A DNA stretch of 64,000 bases from an uncultured cyanobacterium (lineage in GTDB: Bacteria; Cyanobacteriota; Cyanobacteriia; Cyanobacteriales; CAWUOF01): contig CAVUSO010000001.1 of the NCBI GenBank assembly GCA_963744145.1, positions 128,001 to 192,000 on the forward strand, in the 5' to 3' direction. The position numbers and the translations under genes are program-made. The notes below the pieces were generated by a model that worked only from the letters and a program-made list of their open reading frames with translations, was not told the origin of the DNA and made no database searches. Positions 21,561-31,629 of this stretch are shown here, in pieces (the stretch's first letter is position 1; each line of letters begins with the position of its first letter).

Positions 21561-21827
21561 ATGAATATCACCTTTAAATCGGAAGAAGAACAGTTAATTC
21601 AAGAAAAGCTCAAAAGTGGTAAGTATGCAACGGTTTATGAAGTAATTGTCGAGGCGTTGCGGCTACTTGAAGAACGAGATAAGCAGTATGAAAAATGGGT
21701 GGAAGAAACCAGGGAAAAAGTAGCAGTTGGTATTGCACAGCTTGATAGGGGAGAAGGGATTGATGGGGAGGTTGTGATTGCCAAATTGCGGGAGAAGTTG
21801 AAAAAAGCGGGTGAGAATCAAGGATGA
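21561..21827 (+). CDS. ParD-family antitoxin
   Basis: MNITFKSEEE..KLKSGKY; paralogue of 20101. Confidence 0.85.
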   Translation: MNITFKSEEEQLIQEKLKSGKYATVYEVIVEALRLLEERDKQYEKWVEETREKVAVGIAQLDRGEGIDGEVVIAKLREKLKKAGENQG

Positions 21828-22129
21828 GCTTTTATATTATTTCTCCAGAAGCGAGTCAAGATTTAGATGAGATTTCCGATTATTTCTTGAGTCGGAGTCT
21901 AAAGGCTGGCGAACGTTTTGTGAGTAGGTTTGAGCAGAAATGCAAAAATTTGATAAAATTTCCTAATATCGGGCGTTCCTATGCTGACATTGAGCCGTCG
22001 TTACGGGGTGTTCCTCTTGAGGATTACATCATTCTTTATCGGGCGATTGAGGATGGGGTAGAAATTGTGCGGGTAGTAAGTGGATATCGGGACTTAGAAT
22101 CGTTGTTTTCAGAATCGGATGAGGAATAA
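21824..22129 (+). CDS. RelE/ParE-family toxin
   Basis: ASQDLDEI...FPNIGRSY...VEIVRVVSGYRDL. Confidence 0.88.
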   Translation: MSFYIISPEASQDLDEISDYFLSRSLKAGERFVSRFEQKCKNLIKFPNIGRSYADIEPSLRGVPLEDYIILYRAIEDGVEIVRVVSGYRDLESLFSESDEE

Positions 22130-22202
22130 AACAGATGTGATATTATGAATTCACTTTGCGCCTTTAGAGCAAATGCCAGAGGTGAATGATTTTGATTTTG
22201 CC

Positions 22203-23384
22203 CAGAAATGTTGAATGTTAGAAAATAAGGGAGAAAAACCACCCAAATTATGTGATAATTTAGGTGGTAAAATCTAAAAAAACATAATTGATTATGATTT
22301 TCTATTCATTTCCTAAAATTGTCAAGCATTTATTGAAGGGGCTATCTAAAACTGATTATCCCGTTCTAAATAGCCGCTTGTTCGTGGAGCTATGGTTGGG
22401 TTATACGTTAGATAAAAGTTTAACCAGTATGCGGGATTTATTTAAGCGTTTAAATCTGACAGGATTTGAGGTAGATATTTCCACTTTTTCTAAGGCAAAT
22501 AAACATCGAAGTCAAAAACCATTTCAAAAAATTTTTGAAACCTTAAAGCAATTAGTCAATCAAAAAAATCCCAAAAAATTTGGTGCAAAATATTTAATAT
22601 GTCCCATTGATTCAACAATAATTACTTTAACAAGTAAACTTTTATATTTACAAGGATATCATCAAGTAAAATTATTTAGTTCTTTAAATTTAAGTAAGGG
22701 AAATTGTGAGAGTAGCCTGATAAACTTTGGCCAAGATCATGATTATAAATTCGGCAAGGACATGATAGCTGATTTACCAGAAAACGCAGTAGGAGTAATG
22801 GATAGAGGTTTTGCTGGATTAGAATTTATCGAAGATTTAGTCCAAAACAATAAATATTTTGTCATGAGAATAAAAAACAATTGGAAATTAGAATATTGTC
22901 CAGACAGTGAATTAATAAAAGTGGGAGCTTCGCCAAAAGCTAAAGCTTATAGAGTAGTAAGTTTTTGTGATCTAGAAACGCGAACAGAATTTAGATTGAT
23001 CACTAATTTACCTCGAGAAGGCGAAGAAGGTATATCAGAGCAAGAGCTGTTAGATATCTATCGATTAAGATGGTCAATAGAATTGCTATGGAAATTTCTC
23101 AAAATGCACCTAAAACTAGATAAATTAATTACGAAAAATGTCAATGGAATTACCATTCAAATTTATGCTAGTTTAATCGCATATCTAATTTTACAACTAA
23201 TATCTATTCCGCCAGAATGGGGAGAAAAATTATTAGATAAAATTCGCTATCTTCAAGCATGTATGTGTCAAAAAATTAGCTATGTCCATTGGTTTGAGGA
23301 GGTGATGCTTTGTTGAAAAATTTGTCATTTTTGCATCCGTATGTCAACATATGTAAAGTTTTGTATCAAGATTCAACATTTCTG
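22203..23384 (+). mobile_element. IS4-family insertion sequence (1182 bp)
   Basis: 14-bp perfect TIRs CAGAAATGTTGAAT (22203-22216 / 23371-23384); 9-bp target-site duplication GATTTTGCC (22194-22202 / 23385-23393). Confidence 0.93.
22288..23316 (+). CDS. IS4-family DDE transposase
   Basis: IDST, MDRGF and YRLRWSIELLWKFLK (YREK) motifs. Confidence 0.92.
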   Translation: MIMIFYSFPKIVKHLLKGLSKTDYPVLNSRLFVELWLGYTLDKSLTSMRDLFKRLNLTGFEVDISTFSKANKHRSQKPFQKIFETLKQLVNQKNPKKFGAKYLICPIDSTIITLTSKLLYLQGYHQVKLFSSLNLSKGNCESSLINFGQDHDYKFGKDMIADLPENAVGVMDRGFAGLEFIEDLVQNNKYFVMRIKNNWKLEYCPDSELIKVGASPKAKAYRVVSFCDLETRTEFRLITNLPREGEEGISEQELLDIYRLRWSIELLWKFLKMHLKLDKLITKNVNGITIQIYASLIAYLILQLISIPPEWGEKLLDKIRYLQACMCQKISYVHWFEEVMLC

Positions 23385-23505
23385 GATTTTGCCCAAGGAT
23401 TAAAGGAGTTGAATGAGGAGTTGGAAATCTTGAATGTTGAGGCTGCGGGGGTTGGAGGAGAGGATTACTGATAATGTAATGATGTTGTTAGAAGGAAAGC
23501 TTTAA

Positions 23506-23862
23506 ATGAAAAACAATCGAGAAAAAGTTGTTATAGCTGATATAGCTATTTTATATGACTCGCTCCATAAAACGCCAAAATATTCTAATGATGGCTACCC
23601 TATGGTAAGGGTGACTGATATTAATCGTGGCTACTTAGATTTGTCAAATACGAAAAAAGTAGACGAAAATACTTATAAAGAATTTACCAAGAAATACAAG
23701 CCCCATGTTGGCGATATTCTATTTTCTAGAGTAGGTTCTTATGGTAACTCAAGTTATGTCAATAACCATGAATATTTCTGCTTAGGTCAAAATACTGTTT
23801 GTATCTCACCAAATCACCACCTTATTGATTCTTTTTATTGGTATTGTTGCTTAACTTTATAA
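23506..23862 (+). pseudogene. Truncated second hsdS (N-terminal TRD only)
   Basis: HKTPKYS..GYPMVRVTDI...GDILFSRVGSYG; follows the last hsdM 3' repeat. Confidence 0.75.
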
Positions 23863-23972
23863 TATCATGCGAATCCTCAAACAAATTAGACAAATCATGC
23901 TGCAAAATTTAGAAAATTAATCTCTTTGAGCCTTCTTAATATCTAACAAACAAGCAAAAAAGGTTAAATGAT

Positions 23973-24590
23973 ATGGCATACAGCGACTTTACTTTAGCAA
24001 AAATAGTAAAAATATTCGGTTTAACAATTTCTGAAAAACTCGATATTTTCCCAGGAGTTACCGACTTTAACAGTAGTAATTATTTGCAAGATACCCTTCA
24101 ATACAATCTCCCTTTGGCTCTTGCTATTAATACAGAAAAATCGCGCTCTGAAATGATTATTTCCCCTATTTTAATTGAATTAAAAAAGTGCTTTCCCCAA
24201 CCCATTAGTTTATTTTCAGGTGTGGATTTTACCGTTGATGCGACCCAAGGATTAAACGGAACCTGCGACTTTCTCATCAGCCGTTCTCCAGAACAGCTAT
24301 TTATCAACGCCCCCGTGATCACGATTGTAGAAGCAAAAAAAGAAGATATTAATGCTGGATTAGGTCAATGTGTAGCAGAAATGTTAGCAGCAAGATTATT
24401 TAACGAACGCGAAGAAAACCAAATTGACAAAATTTATGGGGCTGTCACAACTGGGGATAGATGGAAATTTTTAAAATTAAAAGAACAAATTATTGAAATA
24501 GATTTAGGAGAGCATTTTCTAATCAACAACGTCAATAAAATTTTAGGAATTTTAGCCCACGCTATTAACGAATCAATAGCAGCATCATAA
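23973..24590 (+). CDS. Cyanobacterial PD-(D/E)XK-like protein (HSDR_N-like)
   Basis: [28 protein letters not shown] and YGAVTTG motifs. Confidence 0.75.
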   Translation: MAYSDFTLAKIVKIFGLTISEKLDIFPGVTDFNSSNYLQDTLQYNLPLALAINTEKSRSEMIISPILIELKKCFPQPISLFSGVDFTVDATQGLNGTCDFLISRSPEQLFINAPVITIVEAKKEDINAGLGQCVAEMLAARLFNEREENQIDKIYGAVTTGDRWKFLKLKEQIIEIDLGEHFLINNVNKILGILAHAINESIAAS

Positions 24591-24788
24591 CCTCTATCAA
24601 TCCATAACTATCATGCCCCACCCCGACTCAGAAGTTCAAGTCGCAGGATGGCCATGTACCCCTATTTTTTTGCTTCAAAAAGGTTCTATCAGACTTCCCG
24701 GCTATTATAACATATTCCTATCAAAAAACTGTAGATTCAATCTTGCTTTTGCAGAAAATCTATGCCATACTCTTCTTGGCTAGATAAC

Positions 24789-24814
24789 TACGGTATCTTG
24801 ACCGAGATACCGTA
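24789..24814. promoter_or_regulatory. 26-bp palindrome, putative operator
   Basis: TACGGTATCT-TGACCG-AGATACCGTA, 48 bp upstream of the ATG at 24863. Confidence 0.55.
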
Positions 24815-24862
24815 CTTTATTCAGGCTCTTTGGTGTGAAAAAGAGTTGTGAGGAAAAAGTAA

Positions 24863-26109
24863 ATGTTAAAAGATGCTCAAGGATTAGATGTAACGACTAA
24901 CTCAGCTATAGCGATCGCCGCAATAGATCGTTATGTGACCATGCGCTTGGCTATGACAAAAATATCCTAGATATTTTAAAAGGAATTGAAGCCGATCCAA
25001 CTTGTGCCATAGCTTACGCTCATGCAGCAGCACATTACCTTTCCTTAGAAACAGCAGTAGCTTGGCAACAAGCAAAGCCCTATTTACAAGCAGCTAAAAA
25101 ATATGCTATTCATACCACTGAGCGCGAACAACTTTATATAGAAGCGATCGCGGCTTGGGGAAATGGAGATTTGGAGCAAGCGATCGCCTATTACGAAGAA
25201 ATTACCGACAAATATCCTAGGGATATTGCGGCTGTGCAAAGAGGACAATATCATTATTTCTATCTAGGGAACCAAGAAGGACTACTAAAAATAGCTGAAA
25301 AAGTTTTACCTGCTAACCCTAACAACCATTATTTGTATGGAATGTTGGCTTTTGGCTTAGAACAATACCATCAACTAGAACAAGCTGAAGCATGGGGGCG
25401 AAAAGCAGTAGAAATAAACCGCCGTGATCCTTGGGCACAACACGCTGTCGCTCACGTTATGGAAACTCAAGGAAGAATCGAAGAAGGGATTGCATGGTTA
25501 GAAAGCTTTACTGATACTTGGGAAAATTGCAACACGCTTTTATATACTCACAATTGGTGGCACGTTGCCCTCTATTACTTGAAAAAACCAGCAATTACCA
25601 AAACCTTAGAATTATATGATCAGTATATATGGGGGAGAGCTGATCAAGGATTTCCTAAAGATCAAGTAAATGCAATTGCCTTGCTGTTACGATTAGAATT
25701 GAAAAACGTAGATGTAGGCGATCGCTGGCAGAAACTGGCACCTCATCTCAAACCAAGAATTCATGAACACGCCTTACCTTTTCAGGATTTACATTACGTT
25801 TATGCTTTAGCAAAAGCCGGAAAAATAGATTTAGCAATAGAGATGCTATCGAGCATGGAAGCTTATACGAAAAGAGCTAATCCATATATTCAAAAAACTT
25901 GGCGCGAAGTAGCATTACCCGTTGCTAAGGGAATGATCGCTCATGCTTTAGGAAATTGGAAGAAAGCGATCGCGGAACTGGGAATAAGTTTACCTCGCTT
26001 ATCTGAAGTTGGTGGTAGTCATGCTCAACTAGATTTATTCGAGCAAGTTTACCTATATTCATGGTCGCAAGTAGAACGAGATCCCAAATTATTTTATCAG
26101 ACTGCATAA
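24863..26109 (+). pseudogene. TTC38-like TPR protein with a 1-bp frameshift near 24936
   Basis: MLKDAQGLDVTT..IDRYV continues in the 25171 frame as DHALGYDKNI...; WAQHAVAHV, HNWWH and GGSHAQ motifs. Confidence 0.78.
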
Positions 26110-26136
26110 CATTGAGCAAATTGAAGTAGGGGTGTA

Positions 26137-26919
26137 TTATAATACACCTTTACTTCTTGTGTACATAGTAGAAAGTATTAGATAATCTGCGGATACTACA
26201 GGAGCATAACGATGGATTTGGGCTCGATCCATAGCCGATCGCAATTGTGCATCAGGATGAAGCAGTGCAAATTGTAAGCGATCTATATATACATTACCAA
26301 GACGTTGAGCAGCAATTATGGGAGGGATAGGAGATGGACCGATTGATTCAATTACTCGTAAACTAAAGGATAATTGGGGATCATTACGCAATTCTTCCTC
26401 TAATACGGTACTGTCGATCGCTGCAAAATCAGCTAATCCTGAACTTACTAATTTAATCGAATTTTGATGGAAACCCGATGGAATGAGTTCACCAAAAAAG
26501 TCCCGGGAATATCCAGATTGAAATATGCGATCGCGAAGGAGATGATAACCACTGTTTGATCCAGGATCGTTGTAGCAGAATCTTTTACCTGCTAGTTCTT
26601 CAAATTTGAAAATATTACTGTTCGCATTGACGATAATATCAGAAAAATAAACTGGACGATCACTATAACGAGGAGCTTGGAGTACGGGAGCTGCGATCGC
26701 TTGTAATTGGTGGGGGAAAACTTGGTGATGTCGAATGAATGGTAATCCACATATAAAAGCAATGTCGATTTCATCGTCTAGAAGTGCTGAATCTAGGAGG
26801 GGATCGTGCTGACTCTGCACGATTTCAATTTCTTCATCCAACTGTCGTCCCAGATACTCTGCAACTATTTGGTAAAACCAAAACTGACTTGGTGCTAAGT
26901 AAGAGACTAATCGGAGCAT
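26137..26919 (-). CDS. PhnD/SsuA-type substrate-binding protein
   Basis: DIAFICGLP, YFSDIIV, SNSGY and ADFAAIDS motifs. Confidence 0.82.
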   Translation of the reverse strand: MLRLVSYLAPSQFWFYQIVAEYLGRQLDEEIEIVQSQHDPLLDSALLDDEIDIAFICGLPFIRHHQVFPHQLQAIAAPVLQAPRYSDRPVYFSDIIVNANSNIFKFEELAGKRFCYNDPGSNSGYHLLRDRIFQSGYSRDFFGELIPSGFHQNSIKLVSSGLADFAAIDSTVLEEELRNDPQLSFSLRVIESIGPSPIPPIIAAQRLGNVYIDRLQFALLHPDAQLRSAMDRAQIHRYAPVVSADYLILSTMYTRSKGVL

Positions 26920-27171
26920 ATTTTCAAAACCAGCCGGAAACTACAATTTTATCCCTAAATTTAAGGAAGAAATTTATCTTTTGACCAATGTTGCCTACTT
27001 TTATGGCGACTTAGACAATCACATCGCGTTTATGTTACAAAATTAGTCTATATTAACAATATAGCAGACAATTAGCTAATTAGTCAACCTGATTAATGAA
27101 TTAATTAATCTGCACAGTCCCTAACCAACAGCATCCTGATTCATTCTGATCCCTGAATGGGTTTGATATCC

Positions 27172-28974
27172 TTAAACCATGGTTTTGAGACTTTTGGCAA
27201 CCTCATTTAAACTGTGAGTACCTAGTTTAATCTGAGTGATCCCAGCTACAGTTTCTTTAGCAGAACTATTCAGGTGGTTCATAGTTTCTACTACTTGTTG
27301 AATCGCGATCGCTTGCTGTTGGGCGCTTAAAGATATCTGTTGAGAACTTAATACTACTTGATTGATCGCTTCTGCTACTCCTAAGAAAGCACTTGCTGTT
27401 GCTTGAGCAACTTCACCTCCTTTTACTGCGGTTTCTGTACCTTGATTAGTGACATTGACTGTCAGATCGATCGACTTTTGAATATCCATTACCAAAGCGT
27501 TAATTTTCGCGGCTGATTTTTTACTTTCATCGGCTAATTTCCGAATTTCTGTAGCTACTACTGCAAAACCTTTACCATGTTCTCCAGCTCTTACCGCTTC
27601 TACCGCTGCATTTAAGGCTAACATATTAGTCTGATTCGCTAAATCTTTGACTAATTCCGAAATACTACCAATCAGCTCTGTTTGTTGACTTAAATGGGAA
27701 ATTTGGTCAGCGATCGCTTCAACTTTAGTTTTTAAAATAGCTATTTCCCCTAAAGTTTTTGTGACGGTTTGATTACCCTTTTCTGCCAAATTAAGTGCTG
27801 TTTCTGCCCCAAGTGCGACTGATTCAGCTTGTTGGGCACATTGTTGAGAAGCTGTACTTAATTCTCCCATTGTCGTTGTTGTTTGATTCACCGCAGCTAC
27901 TTGTTGGGTTGCAGCCCGTTCTTGTTCTTCTGTGGTAGTCACTATTTGATTGGAAGAACTGACGATCGCATTCACCGCGTTGAGGATTTTTTGAATTAGT
28001 GGTTCGGTAATAAAAATACTTAAAATGGTCGCGATCGTGCCTACAAATAATATGGTAATAATAGTTCCTGTAATGATACTCAATCGTAACTGTTCTGTAG
28101 TGGCAAAAGCAATTTTTGTATCTGTATCCACTAAAGATATCCAATTTAATGCTAAACCTTCTATATTTTCCGTGGGCGCAGTAGCTACCACAAAAGTCTT
28201 CTGATCAATCTGATTTAATCCTATGCGTATTGATGCTTTTCCTATTGTTTGAATTTCTGAGAAAAAAGCATATTCATCTTGAGCTTTTTTTCCTAAAAAT
28301 TTTGGATCAGGGGCTAGGAATATTTTCCCATAAGCATCAATTAAATGAATATTATCTTCATTATTATTACTACTTCTAATTAGCTCCTGTAAATATTTAA
28401 CTGGCATTTCAGAAATCGCCACCCCAAGGGGTTCACCTGTATCAATATTTTTGAGAGGTGAGGCAGCATAAATAACATAATCATGGGTATATTCCGATAC
28501 CTCTGGATTACTAATCATGGGAAGATCGGTTTGTAAAACTTTTTGAAATAATTCTTTATTGGCATAATTGCTGATATTTCCTTTACTAGATTTAACCATA
28601 ATTTCTCCTTGTAAATTAAAAATTGCAATAGTATCATAGACTCGATATACTGACATAAAATTATCTAGCACCTGGGATTGTTTTTGAGGGGAAATTATTT
28701 TTATAACTTTAGGATCAGTAAAATTTGGAACTTTAGAAATAGTCTGAATATCTCCCAGACGTTCAAACATAAAACGATTAACTTTATCTGCTAGCTCTTG
28801 TGCTTTCGATTGCTTTAATGCAAATATTTGTTCTGTCAATGATTGAGTAGTGGAATTGTAAGAAATGGCACCAGTAACTAAAACTGGTATAGTACCAAGA
28901 ACGATCGCGATCCCAATTGCTTTCGTTCTCATACTTCGATTTGATGATGTAGTTTTCGCAAAAACACTCAACAT
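27172..28974 (-). CDS. Methyl-accepting chemotaxis protein with dCache domain
   Basis: Two TM helices; [27 protein letters not shown]. Confidence 0.92.
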   Translation of the reverse strand: MLSVFAKTTSSNRSMRTKAIGIAIVLGTIPVLVTGAISYNSTTQSLTEQIFALKQSKAQELADKVNRFMFERLGDIQTISKVPNFTDPKVIKIISPQKQSQVLDNFMSVYRVYDTIAIFNLQGEIMVKSSKGNISNYANKELFQKVLQTDLPMISNPEVSEYTHDYVIYAASPLKNIDTGEPLGVAISEMPVKYLQELIRSSNNNEDNIHLIDAYGKIFLAPDPKFLGKKAQDEYAFFSEIQTIGKASIRIGLNQIDQKTFVVATAPTENIEGLALNWISLVDTDTKIAFATTEQLRLSIITGTIITILFVGTIATILSIFITEPLIQKILNAVNAIVSSSNQIVTTTEEQERAATQQVAAVNQTTTTMGELSTASQQCAQQAESVALGAETALNLAEKGNQTVTKTLGEIAILKTKVEAIADQISHLSQQTELIGSISELVKDLANQTNMLALNAAVEAVRAGEHGKGFAVVATEIRKLADESKKSAAKINALVMDIQKSIDLTVNVTNQGTETAVKGGEVAQATASAFLGVAEAINQVVLSSQQISLSAQQQAIAIQQVVETMNHLNSSAKETVAGITQIKLGTHSLNEVAKSLKTMV

Positions 28975-29073
28975 AATTTTCTTAGTGTAGATATATTTTT
29001 AGTATAAATGATTACAGAGATTGGGATCTTAATTATTCACAAGACGTACCAAATCTTAATAATATTAAAAGAT

Positions 29074-31239
29074 TTATAATTCAGGATTTTTGATCCGCCA
29101 AACTTTAATAGTATCATCACCACCAGCACTTACTAAAATTTGTCCATCCGAACTAAAAGCTAAGGAATTAGCAGATTGAATTTCACCAGTAAAATTATTT
29201 TTTAGCTCTCCTGTTTGTAAATTCCAAAGCTTAATTGTATTATCCCCACCACTACTGATCAAACTTTTACCATCACGAGTCAGCACCAGATAATTGATAA
29301 AACTTGTATGATTTTTTAGAGTATGCAATAATTTCCTACTTTTTAAATCCCAAACTTTAATCTCACTATCAGCACTACCACTAATCAGCTTTTCTCCATC
29401 TCGACTTACTAAAACTACATTCACCGCACTTGTATGAGCATTAAATGAATCGTCTAATTTACCTGTTTTTAAATCCCAAATATAAATCATATTATCAGCA
29501 CTACCACTAACTAAAATTTGCCCATTTGGGCTAATTGCGAGACAATTGACAAAACTATTATGTCCGGAAAGAGTTCTTTTTAAAGTTCCCATTTTTAAAT
29601 CCCAAACTTTAATTTTAGTATCAGCACTTGCACTTACTAAAGTTTGTCCATCTGGACTAATTACCAGAGCATTAACGGGACTGGAATGTCCAGTGAGAGT
29701 CTTAATTTTTTCTTTCTTTTTAAGATTCCAAAGATTAATAGTATTATCAGCACTTGCACTTGCTAAAGTTTGTCCATCTGGACTAATTACCAGGTAATTG
29801 ATAAAACTCGTATGTCCAGTCAGAGTCTTGATTAATTTTCCAGTTTTTATATTCCAAAGTTTAATAGTATTATCTGCACCACCACTAACTAAAGTTTGTC
29901 CATCTGGACTAATCACTACATAGTTGACAAAGCTAGTATGTCCAGTTAGGATATGAATTAAATCCAGATTTTTGCTGGCAATGATAGCAGGAAGAGTAAC
30001 ATAGTTAAGTTTTACCAACCAACTAATTAATCCACCTAATCCGAGCAGCAGGATTAGCAGAGCTAATAAAATTTTTAACTGTTGGGTTGGTTGAATAAAA
30101 TTTAACAATTGCGATCGCCAAGTAGAGAGATGATTAATTTTACTAATCACCGATGACTGTGGTTGAGTTGATGCGGTTTCCTGAGGTGTAGTTACTGATG
30201 GTAATTTACTCAACTCAGGAGGGACAGTAGGAAGTTGACTCTCAACAGATAATCGCTGAGAATAAAGTGGTGCTGTGGTCAAATCATCAAAGTGTGATAA
30301 TGCTTGATAATTGAGGGAATTCAGCTCAATTTCCGACAAATTTGGGAATGGGGGGATGATAAAATCTGGTAAAATCTCTGCTACAGATTGATAACGCTGG
30401 GATCGATCAATTTTTAGTAACTTATCTAAAATTTTATCTAATTGCTGACTAATTGGTTGTTCTAAATAATTTCGCCATTCTTCCACCCAGCTATAGGCTT
30501 TAATTTTCCAGAGCTCGCGAGGATTCATATTAGTTAAAAGGTGAAAACAAGTAGCACCTAAACTATATAAATCGCTAGCAGGATAAGCTGCACCACTATC
30601 CATTTGCTCGATCGGCACATAGCCATAAGAGCCAATACTTGTCCCCGGTTGAGAAATGGCAGCTGCGGTGAGTTGTTTAGCGATCCCAAAATCAATTAAT
30701 ACACATTTGCCATCACTTTGTCGCCGGATGATATTTTCTGGTTTAATATCACGGTGAATCACATTATGCTCATGCACAAATCTGAGAATATCTAATAAAT
30801 CTTTTAACAATTGCCAAATTTTTGGTTCGCTAAAAGCTTGGAACTGTTTTAATTCTTTAAATAAAGTTTGTCCAGCAATATATTGTTGAATTAAATAGAG
30901 ACAATTATCTTCTTCAAAATAAGCATAAAGAGTCGGAATTTGGGGATGTTGTCCTAATTGTTGCAGTCGCATTGCTTCTTGCTCAAATAGTTGTTTGGCT
31001 TTGAGCAGATTTTTAGTTCCTTTAATTTGAGGTGCAAATTGCTTAATTACACAGATTTCATTCAGCTTGTCTACATCTTCAGCTAGGTAAGTTTTACCAA
31101 ATCCACCACTACTAAGAGGTTCAATCGTCCGATAACGATTTCTGAGCAGTGGTATCAGTTTTGCCCCGCAATGTTGGCAAAAATTCGTGTTTTTCGGATT
31201 TAAGGGTTCCTGACAATCGGGATTAAGACAGCAGAGCAT
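29074..31239 (-). CDS. Ser/Thr kinase with 4-Cys prefix, TM helix and WD40 repeats
   Basis: CLNPDC/CQHCG, GGFGKT, HRDIKPEN, DFG; about seven GH..WD repeats. Confidence 0.93.
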   Translation of the reverse strand: MLCCLNPDCQEPLNPKNTNFCQHCGAKLIPLLRNRYRTIEPLSSGGFGKTYLAEDVDKLNEICVIKQFAPQIKGTKNLLKAKQLFEQEAMRLQQLGQHPQIPTLYAYFEEDNCLYLIQQYIAGQTLFKELKQFQAFSEPKIWQLLKDLLDILRFVHEHNVIHRDIKPENIIRRQSDGKCVLIDFGIAKQLTAAAISQPGTSIGSYGYVPIEQMDSGAAYPASDLYSLGATCFHLLTNMNPRELWKIKAYSWVEEWRNYLEQPISQQLDKILDKLLKIDRSQRYQSVAEILPDFIIPPFPNLSEIELNSLNYQALSHFDDLTTAPLYSQRLSVESQLPTVPPELSKLPSVTTPQETASTQPQSSVISKINHLSTWRSQLLNFIQPTQQLKILLALLILLLGLGGLISWLVKLNYVTLPAIIASKNLDLIHILTGHTSFVNYVVISPDGQTLVSGGADNTIKLWNIKTGKLIKTLTGHTSFINYLVISPDGQTLASASADNTINLWNLKKKEKIKTLTGHSSPVNALVISPDGQTLVSASADTKIKVWDLKMGTLKRTLSGHNSFVNCLAISPNGQILVSGSADNMIYIWDLKTGKLDDSFNAHTSAVNVVLVSRDGEKLISGSADSEIKVWDLKSRKLLHTLKNHTSFINYLVLTRDGKSLISSGGDNTIKLWNLQTGELKNNFTGEIQSANSLAFSSDGQILVSAGGDDTIKVWRIKNPEL

Positions 31240-31436
31240 AATTAGCTTCGGAATCGGCTGATGACTTCTATGTTAAGTCTTTGCTACAATTGTCGCTCAA
31301 GAATAAAATTCGGGACCTAGTAATAGTTTGAGAATTCAGGGGATGATGTAGAGTTGACTAATTGCACAAAATATGCAATTGAGAGCTGCGGGCAGACTAG
31401 GAGTGAGCCAAAAGCGGCGGTCGATCAGAAGAAAAG

Positions 31437-31570
31437 GGCTCTCCCGTACTTATGGTGATCAGTAAAAATTATTGAATTTCCAAATGCTTACTACATCAGC
31501 TTTCCCCCTGCTCCCTCTCCCCCTCCCCCTACCGAAAAACAGGATTTTCCACCACAAGTATGGGAGAGCC
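31437..31570. mobile_element. MITE-like element
   Basis: GGCTCTCCCGTACTTATGGT ... ACCACAAGTATGGGAGAGCC, an 18/20 inverted repeat. Confidence 0.65.
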
Positions 31571-31629
31571 AGAAAGATGTGACTAATGGATAGCCTATCA
31601 GGGATAGGGAGTAATTCTGGAATTGGGAT

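Noticed and set aside
24633-24642. AGTTCAAGTC as the far att site of the island
   Set aside because: It matches the tRNA T-loop and sits near the island edge, but 10 bp is too short to separate from chance.
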